Source of the DNA: an uncultured Saprospiraceae bacterium
GTDB taxonomy: Bacteria; Bacteroidota; Bacteroidia; Chitinophagales; Saprospiraceae
Direction: 5' to 3'
DNA length: 64,000 nt
Assembly (NCBI GenBank): GCA_937872385.1
Contig: CALMSO010000047.1
Location: 78,660-142,659 of the forward strand
Positions 45,021 through 53,567 of the stretch are shown one piece after another. Under the pieces are notes generated by a model that saw nothing but the letters and a program-made list of their open reading frames with translations, was not told the origin of the DNA and ran no database searches. The stretch's first letter is position 1; the number at the start of each line of letters is the position of its first letter. Both the position numbers and the translations under genes were made by a program.

Positions 45021-46172
45021 TCAAATGCTCAAAGCGGCTATCAATCGCCGAACAAATTCCTCACCTTTTGCCAACTGCTCCTTGCTGATAAATTCATTGG
45101 CCCGATGCGCTTGCGCAATATTGCCCGGCCCGCAGATAACCGTTTGAAAACCACCTTCGGCAAACTGGCCTGCCTCGGCCGCGTAGGCTACTGTTTGTAA
45201 TAGGTGCTGCCCGCTAAGCTGACGAATGAAGTCCACCACTGGCAGGTGTTCCGGCGTATCCAAAGGTGGCACTGGCGGATGGTGCTCGGTGGTGATGATG
45301 CGAAAACCCGGATAGCGTTGGCGCAGGAACAACTCCCGCTCGCGGCAGTGAGTCTCGAAATCTGCCAAAATATTTGCTACTGAATCTTGCGGAATGACCC
45401 GTACATCCCAGTGAAAAGAGCAGCGATCGGCAATGACATTGGGTGCAATACCCCCTTGAATAACCCCCGAATGCAGCGAAGAGTGGGGCGGCGTAAAGCG
45501 CTCGTCCGTATGTCCGGCCGCAATCAACTGCTCCATTTTGTCTTCCAGCCACAGGATGAGGCGGGCCGCTTCGTGCACGGCGCTGACCTCCTGCCGAATG
45601 CGGCTACTGTGCCCCGCAGAGCCATGCACCGTAGTTTCAAAAATGCAGATACCTTTCTGACCCACAACGGCTTGTAACATAGACGGCTCGCCAATGATGG
45701 CGTAGGCAGGTTGCTCGGTATAGCTAGCCTTAATGTGCTCGACCAAAGCGGGCCCGGCGAGGCAACCAATTTCTTCATCATAAGAAAAAGCAAAATAAAT
45801 CGGCTTTTGCAAAGGCGCTTGCAGCATTTCCGGGAGGCAGGCTAAGCAACAGGCTATAAAGCCCTTCATATCTGCCGAGCCACGGGCATAGAGTTTATCG
45901 GCTTTTTCTACTAAGGTGAAAGGATCCGTTTGCCAATCTTGCCCCGCTACGGGCACCACATCCATGTGCCCCGACAGGATCACGCCGCCATCTACCGCCG
46001 GCCCGATGCGGCAGTGCAAGGAGGCTTTCGTACCGTCTTCGTTGGGCACGAGGTGATACTCCACGCCATGTTGGCGCAGGTACGCTTGTATCCATTGCAA
46101 AATCGTCAAGTTACTCTGACCACCCAACACTGGAAAAGCAACCAGTTGGGAAAGAATTTCAATAACATTCAT
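45021..46172 (-). CDS. M20 family metallopeptidase / acetylornithine deacetylase (ArgE-like)
   Basis: Motifs SGHMDVVPV and RGSADMKG. Start taken at MNVIEIL. Confidence 0.75.
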   Translation of the reverse strand: MNVIEILSQLVAFPVLGGQSNLTILQWIQAYLRQHGVEYHLVPNEDGTKASLHCRIGPAVDGGVILSGHMDVVPVAGQDWQTDPFTLVEKADKLYARGSADMKGFIACCLACLPEMLQAPLQKPIYFAFSYDEEIGCLAGPALVEHIKASYTEQPAYAIIGEPSMLQAVVGQKGICIFETTVHGSAGHSSRIRQEVSAVHEAARLILWLEDKMEQLIAAGHTDERFTPPHSSLHSGVIQGGIAPNVIADRCSFHWDVRVIPQDSVANILADFETHCRERELFLRQRYPGFRIITTEHHPPVPPLDTPEHLPVVDFIRQLSGQHLLQTVAYAAEAGQFAEGGFQTVICGPGNIAQAHRANEFISKEQLAKGEEFVRRLIAALSI

Positions 46173-46360
46173 GTGTTTTCCACGCATTTGTTTTGTTTTC
46201 GATTCGTATTTGCTTATCAATCTTCCAGTAAACCACTACTTCAATAAACCGTTCACCCTTAATCCAGAAATTTGTAGCTTTGCCATGCAAGATACCAAAC
46301 CCGGCAAAATAGACAAGTCATCAAACGCGTTTAGAAAGCTGGCTGTGTAAATCAGTAAAC

Positions 46361-47272
46361 ATGAGTGTGATTGTAAAAAACCTGACCAAAATATATGGCA
46401 CCCAGCGCGCAGTGGACCATGTGAGCTTTGAGGCTAAACCCGGCGAAGTGCTGGGATTTCTGGGTCCAAATGGTGCAGGCAAGACCACCACGATGAAAAT
46501 CGTGACCTGCTTCATCCCCCAAACCGACGGCGAAGTGCGCGTTTGTGGCTACGATGTGGCCAAAGATACTATGGCCGTGCGGCAGCAAATTGGTTATCTG
46601 CCAGAGCACAACCCTTTGTACAACGACTTGTACGTCAAGGAGTATCTTGGTTTTGTAGCCCGCTTGCACGGGTTGCGCAATACCCGCCAGCGCGTGGACG
46701 AGCTGATACAAATGACCGGGCTGGAGCGCGAGCAAGGCAAAATCATCGGTGCTTTGTCCAAAGGTTATCGGCAACGCGTAGGGCTGGCCCAAGCCATGCT
46801 GCACGATCCGCAGGTGCTGATTCTGGATGAACCTACATCTGGGCTGGACCCCAATCAATTGGCAGAAATTCGCAACCTGATTAAACAATTGGGCCGGCAA
46901 AAAACGGTCATTTTTTCTACGCACATCATGCAGGAGGTGCAGGCGCTTTGCGACCGGGTTGTCATTATCAACCGAGGTAAAATTGTAGCCGACGATTCTA
47001 TCGAAACTTTACAAAACCGCATCAAGGGCGCGACCATTATTACAGTAGAATTTGCAGAAAAAACAGATAAAAAGCTGCTGTCTGGTATCTCTGGCGTGCA
47101 ACAAGTGAAAGACCTCGGCAAAAATCGGTGGCAGCTCATCGCGCCAGCTACTACCGACATACGGTCGGGCATAAGTGCTTTTGCCGCTAAGCACCAATTG
47201 ACCTTACTTGAAATGCGCAAGGAAACCTCCAGCGTGGAAGATGTGTTTCACCAATTGACTGCTGACCAGTAA
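46361..47272 (+). CDS. gldA: gliding motility-associated ABC transporter ATP-binding subunit
   Basis: Walker A GPNGAGKTTT, signature LSKGYRQR, Walker B LILDEP. gldF and gldG lie downstream. Confidence 0.75.
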   Translation: MSVIVKNLTKIYGTQRAVDHVSFEAKPGEVLGFLGPNGAGKTTTMKIVTCFIPQTDGEVRVCGYDVAKDTMAVRQQIGYLPEHNPLYNDLYVKEYLGFVARLHGLRNTRQRVDELIQMTGLEREQGKIIGALSKGYRQRVGLAQAMLHDPQVLILDEPTSGLDPNQLAEIRNLIKQLGRQKTVIFSTHIMQEVQALCDRVVIINRGKIVADDSIETLQNRIKGATIITVEFAEKTDKKLLSGISGVQQVKDLGKNRWQLIAPATTDIRSGISAFAAKHQLTLLEMRKETSSVEDVFHQLTADQ

Positions 47273-47314
47273 AAAACCATTGATTGGCTTGTTGCAAAAC
47301 CTTGATTATCCTAT

Positions 47315-47989
47315 ATGAAATTCAGATTTTGGCTACTTTCTGTTGCTTGTTTGTTCATTATCGGGCGGGCCGCTGCCTATTCCGACAGCCTATTGTTGAC
47401 CAAAAACTTCAAGTTTCAGGATGGTATCTATCTGGATTTTACCGATTTGCAACAAAACCGCCCCACCTACCGCTGGGAAGAAGTAAGCGCGCGCATGGCC
47501 ACCAGCGATGAAGGCTTCATTGCACAAGTAGAGCGTATCCGCAAAGACCAACAACTACTCGACCTCAGCCAAGTCTGGGGTATTTGTATCGGAGGCATTC
47601 CTTACATCCGGCTGCCGGAGGGCGAAGTAACCGAGTCAGCAACGGTATTTGCGGGTTTGCGCGTGCGCGGCAAAATTTCCTATTTCAAATACAAGACCAT
47701 CATTACCGAAATGAAAGAAGTAAAAGCCTACAATCCGCTCAATGGCCGAGCCTTTCGGCAAGGCATCGTGCCCGTGGAACGCACCGTGGAGCGCGAGCAG
47801 ATGCTGCACTGGGAAGATGGTACTATCGTGGATTTTACCGTCGCTAACTTTCTCGACTGGATCCAGGACGATCGCCAGCTCTGGCGGGCTGTGCGCGACC
47901 TATCGCCGGAGGATGCCGAAGAGAAGCTCTTTCAGTGCCTACTGATTTATGCCGATCGGAGCAAGGTGTATCTGAAAACGGGGGATTGA
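47315..47989 (+). CDS. secreted protein of unknown function
   Basis: It has a signal peptide (WLLSVACLFIIGRAAAYS). No family recognised. Confidence 0.5.
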   Translation: MKFRFWLLSVACLFIIGRAAAYSDSLLLTKNFKFQDGIYLDFTDLQQNRPTYRWEEVSARMATSDEGFIAQVERIRKDQQLLDLSQVWGICIGGIPYIRLPEGEVTESATVFAGLRVRGKISYFKYKTIITEMKEVKAYNPLNGRAFRQGIVPVERTVEREQMLHWEDGTIVDFTVANFLDWIQDDRQLWRAVRDLSPEDAEEKLFQCLLIYADRSKVYLKTGD

Positions 47990-48200
47990 TGGGGAATAGG
48001 GGTATAGGGGGTATAGGGGGAATAGGGTGTATAGGGGAATAGGGTTTAGAAGGGTTAGAAGGTAGAGGGGTTAGAGGGGGGCGAACAGCAAACAGCGAAC
48101 AGCAAATAGCGAACAGCGTCCCGCCCTAAAGTCTGGCATCTCAAAATCTGGCATCTGGCATCTATCATCTATTATCTAATATCTAAAATCTGGCATCTAA
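47981..48200 (+). repeat. four-module composite tandem-unit array (A 47981-48044, B 48042-48081, C 48081-48118, D 48132-48200)
   Basis: A is GGGGAATAG/GGGGTATAG-type units. B is GGGTTAGAA/GGGTTAGAG units. C is GCGAACA GCAAACA GCGAACA GCAAATA GCGAACA. D is TCTGGCA TCTCAAAA TCTGGCA TCTGGCA TCTATCA TCTATTA TCTAATA TCTAAAA TCTGGCA TCTAAAA. Confidence 0.9.
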
Positions 48201-48225
48201 AAAATTTAAAAACAAGCAGAATCGT

Positions 48226-48957
48226 ATGCGCAGTATTTTTCTCAAGGAAGTGAATACTTTTTTTAGTTCGTTAATTGGCTATATCGTCATCGGGGTGTTT
48301 CTTACGGCGCTGGGATTGGTGTTGTTTGTGTTTCCTGACACCAGTTTATTACAATATAATTATGCCACACTCGATCAGTTATTTAGTGTAGCGCCCATGA
48401 TTTTTGCTTTTTTGATTCCGGCTATTACTATGCGCTCCTTTGCCGAAGAGCAGCAAACCGGCACCATCGAACTATTGGCGACCAAACCGGTGAGTGACTT
48501 AGCCATCGTGCTGGGTAAATTTTTTGCCTGTCTTATGTTAGTCGTTTTCGCTATTCTACCTACGCTATTGTATTATTACACGGTGTATCAACTCGGTGCA
48601 CCCAAGGGCAATCTCGATTCGGGCGCTATTGCTGGTTCTTACATTGGGCTGGTGCTGCTCGGCGGCGCGTTTGTGTCTATCGGTTTGTTCGCTTCTTCGC
48701 TCACAGCCAATCAGATTGTCGCTTTTATTTTCGCTACATTTCTGTGTTTTTTCATTCACTGGGGCTTCGATTTATTTAGTCGGCTACCCATTTTTGTTGG
48801 CAAATCCGATGTGCTGGTACAAATGCTCGGTATAGAATATCATTACAAATCCATTAGCCGGGGCATCATAGATTCGCGGGATGTTATTTACTTTATTTCA
48901 CTCACTGCATTTTTTATTATATTAACACTCACTTCAATGGAAAGGCGAAAATGGTAA
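48226..48957 (+). CDS. gldF: gliding motility-associated ABC transporter permease
   Basis: N-terminal IFLKEVNTFFSSLIGYIVIGVFL, an ABC-2-type six-TM layout, and position between gldA and gldG. Confidence 0.75.
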   Translation: MRSIFLKEVNTFFSSLIGYIVIGVFLTALGLVLFVFPDTSLLQYNYATLDQLFSVAPMIFAFLIPAITMRSFAEEQQTGTIELLATKPVSDLAIVLGKFFACLMLVVFAILPTLLYYYTVYQLGAPKGNLDSGAIAGSYIGLVLLGGAFVSIGLFASSLTANQIVAFIFATFLCFFIHWGFDLFSRLPIFVGKSDVLVQMLGIEYHYKSISRGIIDSRDVIYFISLTAFFIILTLTSMERRKW

Positions 48958-49192
48958 TGTGAATTATTATGAAATTATTACACAAATTAAACCACAAAAT
49001 ATTAAATGTAAAATGTAAAAGTATCGCACGATAAATAATGGAACATTGTTATTTAAAAAATCTTGGTCGTGGGTCAAATCAGTTGTTTTACTTTTTAGAT
49101 GTTGCAAACCTTAAAGATTTATGACATTTTATACACCATTCTGACCCATTACCAAAATTTTGATAAAAATTTCATTGCCAATTATTCGTGTT

Positions 49193-49222
49193 GCGAAAAG
49201 CGAACAGCCAATAGCAAACAGC
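49193..49222 (+). repeat. heptamer array (family C)
   Basis: GCGAAAA GCGAACA GCCAATA GCAAACA GC, located 45 nt upstream of the gldG start. Confidence 0.75.
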
Positions 49223-49266
49223 ATTATAATAACTTACAACAGATATTTACTTTTTGACAGGAAAAT

Positions 49267-51003
49267 ATGGCTGACAAAAAAAAACATATCAACCCTAAGC
49301 GGGTGCAGTCGCTACTCAATCTGGCGCTGCTTTCTGGTATTATTATTTTTATTAACATTCTGGCTAACGCACGATTGGGCGAGCGGGCTTTTTATACTAC
49401 CCTCGATCTGACGGAAGACAAGCGCTTCACGCTCACGCCCACCACCAAAAACCTGCTGCGTGAGCTGGATGATGTAGTGTATGTGCGCGTTTTGCTCGAC
49501 GGCAATTTTCCGGCAGGATTCAAACGCCTGCAAACCGCCACCCGCGAGTTGCTCGATGATTTTCGCAGTGTCTCCGGCTATATAGAATACGCTTTTGAAG
49601 ACCCCTCCGTGGGAAGTACCGAAGAGATAAACGCCCGGCGAGAACTGCTGCGCGAAGAAGGCGTGGTGCCTGTGTCCTTGCGCGTGAAAGACAAAGACCA
49701 GACCAGCGTACAATTAATTTATCCTTACGCCCAGGTTTTTTATAAAGGGCGCAGTACCAATGTAAAATTGCTCGGCAACGAAGTGCCCGGAATGCCCCCG
49801 GATATTGTACTCAACAACTCCATCGCGTTGCTCGAATATCAAATTGCCAATGCCATTCAGAAACTCCGCGCGCCGCTGCGGCCGGTCGTTGCCTTCACCA
49901 CTGGGCACGGTGAGCTATCACCCATTGAAACCGCCGATCTGGAAATTACCCTCCGGCAATTTTATGAAGTGGGGCGCCTGCGCCTCGATAGCTTGGTGCG
50001 CATACCCGCCGAAGAGCTGTCGGTGCTGGTGGTAGCCAAGCCGCGTGCGGGTTTCTCAGAGCAAGACAAATTTAAGATAGACCAATACGTGATGAACGGC
50101 GGCAAGGTGCTTTGGCTCATTGACCAGCTCAACGTGGATCTTGACAGCCTGCGGCGGGGTACGTTTTTTCCGCAGGAATATAATTTGCAACTCGACGACC
50201 TGCTTTTCAAATATGGCATTCGTATTCAGCCCAATCTTATCCTCGACATGCGCTGCTCTCGCATCCCCTTAGCCACTGGTATGCTGGGCAATGCTCCTCA
50301 ATTCGACTACTTTCGCTACCCGTACCATCTTGTGGTGGCGCCTACGTCCACGCATCCGATAGTGAAAGGCTTGGGTATCCTTAACTTGCTGTATGCCAGC
50401 ACAATAGACACAACCGTACGCACCAAAACCGAAGTACAAAAAACCGTTTTACTAACTTCGTCGCCCAACAGCCGCTTGCAATATATTCCGTTGGAAATGA
50501 ATTTTGACTTTTTGCGCTACGACCTCGACGCTACCAAATTTGATAAGCCGGGGCAACCCGTCGCCATGCTACTGGAAGGTATTTTTCCTTCTTTGTACGA
50601 AAACCGTGTAACGGAAGACATGCTGGCAGGTTTGCAACAGCTGAAAATGACTTTTCAGGCCCAAAGCGTGCCCACACGCATGGTAGTAGTGTCGGATGGG
50701 GATATTGCTAAAAATGGAATTGATGCGCAAAAACAATCTTACAAACCACTGGGTTTCAATGAATTTGAACAATATCAGTTTGCTAATAAAGATTTCCTGA
50801 TCAATGCGCTGGAGTACCTCGTAGATGCCAACGGCGTCATCGAAGCACGCGGCAAGGAAGTAAAACTCCGCCCGATGGATACCGTGCGCGCGCAAGCTGA
50901 GCAAACGCGCTGGCAAACGCTCAACCTGGCGGCCCCCTTAGTCTTTTTGGCACTATTTGGGATAGTGTATAACTGGCTGCGCCGGCGTCGGTTTGCCCGA
51001 TAA
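49267..51003 (+). CDS. gldG: gliding motility-associated ABC transporter substrate-binding/auxiliary protein
   Basis: N-terminal TM, then ANARLGERAFYTTLDLTEDKRFTL and a C-terminal TM (LAAPLVFLALFGIVY), which is the GldG architecture. Confidence 0.75.
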   Translation: MADKKKHINPKRVQSLLNLALLSGIIIFINILANARLGERAFYTTLDLTEDKRFTLTPTTKNLLRELDDVVYVRVLLDGNFPAGFKRLQTATRELLDDFRSVSGYIEYAFEDPSVGSTEEINARRELLREEGVVPVSLRVKDKDQTSVQLIYPYAQVFYKGRSTNVKLLGNEVPGMPPDIVLNNSIALLEYQIANAIQKLRAPLRPVVAFTTGHGELSPIETADLEITLRQFYEVGRLRLDSLVRIPAEELSVLVVAKPRAGFSEQDKFKIDQYVMNGGKVLWLIDQLNVDLDSLRRGTFFPQEYNLQLDDLLFKYGIRIQPNLILDMRCSRIPLATGMLGNAPQFDYFRYPYHLVVAPTSTHPIVKGLGILNLLYASTIDTTVRTKTEVQKTVLLTSSPNSRLQYIPLEMNFDFLRYDLDATKFDKPGQPVAMLLEGIFPSLYENRVTEDMLAGLQQLKMTFQAQSVPTRMVVVSDGDIAKNGIDAQKQSYKPLGFNEFEQYQFANKDFLINALEYLVDANGVIEARGKEVKLRPMDTVRAQAEQTRWQTLNLAAPLVFLALFGIVYNWLRRRRFAR

Positions 51004-51019
51004 ACAATTGCACATACGC

Positions 51020-52045
51020 ATGAACACAAGTAAAAAAACCTTACTGCTACTTATCGCTTTTGCCCTGTTGGGCGCCATCGCTACTTGGTACCTACTCACG
51101 CAGCCCGACGACCAAACAACGCTGGCCGGAGCCGACCGCCAATTTGCTATAGCCAATACCGACGTTATTTATAAAATTTTCATCGCCGACCGTCAGGGCA
51201 GCACCACCACCTTGGAGCGCCGCGATGGCTACTGGATGTACAACGGCCAGTACCGCGCCCGACCCAATGCCATAGACAATCTGCTCGACGCCATCCGTCG
51301 GGTGCAGGTAAAATACAAACCGCCGACCGCCGCCGTGAAGCACATGGTGAGCGACCTCGCTACGCAAGGATTGAAAGTAGAATTGTATGATAAAAATAAT
51401 CGCTTGCTCAAAACCTACTACGTGGGCGGGGCTACCGCCGACGAGCGGGGCACTTACATGATTATGGATCGGGCCGAGCAACCTTACGTCACGCACATTC
51501 CGAGTTGGGAAGGTAATCTGCGCTTCCGGTACAGCCTCAAGGGCGATGATTGGCGCGACAAGACGATTTTTGCTTACCGCCCAGAGGACGTTCAGGCGGT
51601 CGTAATTGAATACCCAAAGCAGCGCAACAACTCCTTTCGGTTAGCGCGCGCGGGCCAGGATTTTCGGGTACAACCGTTTTATGAAGTGACGCCGGTCATC
51701 AACCGCCCGCTGCGCAGCGGTGTTATAGAAGCATATATAGAAGGTTTTCGCAGCCTCGGAGCCGAAGCATTTGAGAATAAAAACCCGCGCCGAGACTCGG
51801 TTTTGCAGTTAATTCCATTCAGTATTATCAGTGTTACCGACAAAAATGGCGTCACGACTACGGCCCGGTTGTACCCTATTTTTCCGGAGCCCATACCTGG
51901 CGCTACTCGGCTGCCCGATGCAAACGTGGTGGAACGTTATTTCGCAGCATTGGATAATGGAGATTTTATGCTCATTCAGCATCATGTGTTCAAAAAAATA
52001 TTATGGGGATATGAATTTTTCTTTCAACCTGCGGAAGCCGGTTAG
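51020..52045 (+). CDS. DUF4340-like protein, the usual partner downstream of GldG-type genes
   Basis: N-terminal anchor (LLLLIAFALLGAIATWY). Position and size match the DUF4340 genes that follow GldG-like genes. Confidence 0.5.
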   Translation: MNTSKKTLLLLIAFALLGAIATWYLLTQPDDQTTLAGADRQFAIANTDVIYKIFIADRQGSTTTLERRDGYWMYNGQYRARPNAIDNLLDAIRRVQVKYKPPTAAVKHMVSDLATQGLKVELYDKNNRLLKTYYVGGATADERGTYMIMDRAEQPYVTHIPSWEGNLRFRYSLKGDDWRDKTIFAYRPEDVQAVVIEYPKQRNNSFRLARAGQDFRVQPFYEVTPVINRPLRSGVIEAYIEGFRSLGAEAFENKNPRRDSVLQLIPFSIISVTDKNGVTTTARLYPIFPEPIPGATRLPDANVVERYFAALDNGDFMLIQHHVFKKILWGYEFFFQPAEAG

Positions 52046-52099
52046 TAATAACGGCGCACAACCCTCGTTTTTATGATAAAAAAATCCACCTTGCGCTAT

Positions 52100-53341
52100 A
52101 TGAAAAAGTCACTTCCCATTTACCTACTGCTGGCTGCCATCACACTCTCTGGGGTAGCGCTGCTGCCCGATTCTACTGCCGACGCTGACGACTGGGGCTT
52201 CTTCGGGCATCGCCGCATCAATCGCCTTGCCATTTTTACTTTGCCACCAGAAATGATGGTTTTTTATAAAAAGCACATCGAATACCTCACCGAGCACTCC
52301 GTGGACCCCGACAAACGCCGCTACGCCACCAAACACGAAGCGCCCCGCCATTATATTGATATTGATATGTGGGGTACTTATCCTTTTGAGAATGTGCCCC
52401 GCGACTGGACGGACGCGCTGATGCAATACACCGATCTGTACCTTGTACAAGGACTCCGCGATACCATACATCTGTTTGGCAATGCACAAATGACTATAGA
52501 CCGCGAATTCGTACGCAGCCAAAGTGGCATCATCGTAGAGCGCCGCGCTTACCGCAACTTTTTTACCCGCAATGTACTCAATCAATACTACGAAGACGAG
52601 TGGCTCGTTTCCTGCGACAGCCTGCGCGCCCTACTTGGCTACGATACGCCCTGCCTTACCGTATTGGCGATAGATCGCTTCTCTGAGCATGGCATTCTGC
52701 CGTATCATTTATTGAAAATGCAACGCGACCTCACCGAGGCTTTTCGGCGCAAAAATATGGACCGTATCCTGCGGCTTTCAGCAGAAATGGGGCATTACAT
52801 CGGCGATGCCCACGTGCCTTTGCATACCACCGTCAACTACAATGGTCAGCTTACCGATCAAATTGGCATCCACGCACTCTGGGAAAGCCGCCTGCCGGAG
52901 CTTTTTGCCGATGCGCAGTATGATTTTTTTGTTGGAAAAGCCGAATATATTGAAAATCCACGCGACTACTTCTGGAATATCGTATTGGAAAGCCACCAAC
53001 TGCTCGACAGTGTGCTATTGATAGAAAAAGACCTGAGCCGTACCTTTCCTACCGACAGGCAATACTGCTACGAAGAGCGCCTCGGCCGCACCATCCGTAC
53101 CTACTGCGAAGCCTACGCAGCCGCCTATCATGCACGCATGCAAGGCATGGTAGAGCAACGCATGCGCGACGCCATTCACGCCACTGCCAGTAGTTGGTAC
53201 ACTGCATGGGTAGATGCCGGCCAGCCCAATATGCGCGCCTTAGCTTCGCCGGGGCAGGCGCCCCTCACCGATGAAGAGGCCGCAGCAATCGAAGCCGCTT
53301 TTCAAAAAGGTAGCACTAAGGGCCGCGAACATGAGCAATGA
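52100..53341 (+). CDS. zinc-dependent phospholipase C / S1-P1 nuclease superfamily protein
   Basis: It has a signal peptide, then WGFFGHRRIN, DPDKRRY, PRHYIDID and GDAHVPLHT histidine/aspartate metal-site-like motifs. Confidence 0.55.
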   Translation: MKKSLPIYLLLAAITLSGVALLPDSTADADDWGFFGHRRINRLAIFTLPPEMMVFYKKHIEYLTEHSVDPDKRRYATKHEAPRHYIDIDMWGTYPFENVPRDWTDALMQYTDLYLVQGLRDTIHLFGNAQMTIDREFVRSQSGIIVERRAYRNFFTRNVLNQYYEDEWLVSCDSLRALLGYDTPCLTVLAIDRFSEHGILPYHLLKMQRDLTEAFRRKNMDRILRLSAEMGHYIGDAHVPLHTTVNYNGQLTDQIGIHALWESRLPELFADAQYDFFVGKAEYIENPRDYFWNIVLESHQLLDSVLLIEKDLSRTFPTDRQYCYEERLGRTIRTYCEAYAAAYHARMQGMVEQRMRDAIHATASSWYTAWVDAGQPNMRALASPGQAPLTDEEAAAIEAAFQKGSTKGREHEQ

Positions 53342-53567
53342 CGGAACATTATTTTTGTGTAGGAAAATGGTGCTTAATACGATCTAAAAACGGTAAGTAA
53401 AGATTGGCGTTTTTACTTGTTATTTGTTAATCAGAGCGTTTTTTATGCTTGATAATGAGGATTTTATACATTTTTTTATTTAAAATAATCATACCCGGAC
53501 ACTCAAAGTTATTTACCATTGCTTTACAAAATGTAACATTACAAGTATAACATTGTCATCACCCACT

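Noticed and set aside
47981-48200. Possibility that the tandem arrays are CRISPR arrays.
   Set aside because: Units are only 7-10 nt long and directly abut each other with no unique spacers. No cas genes are present.
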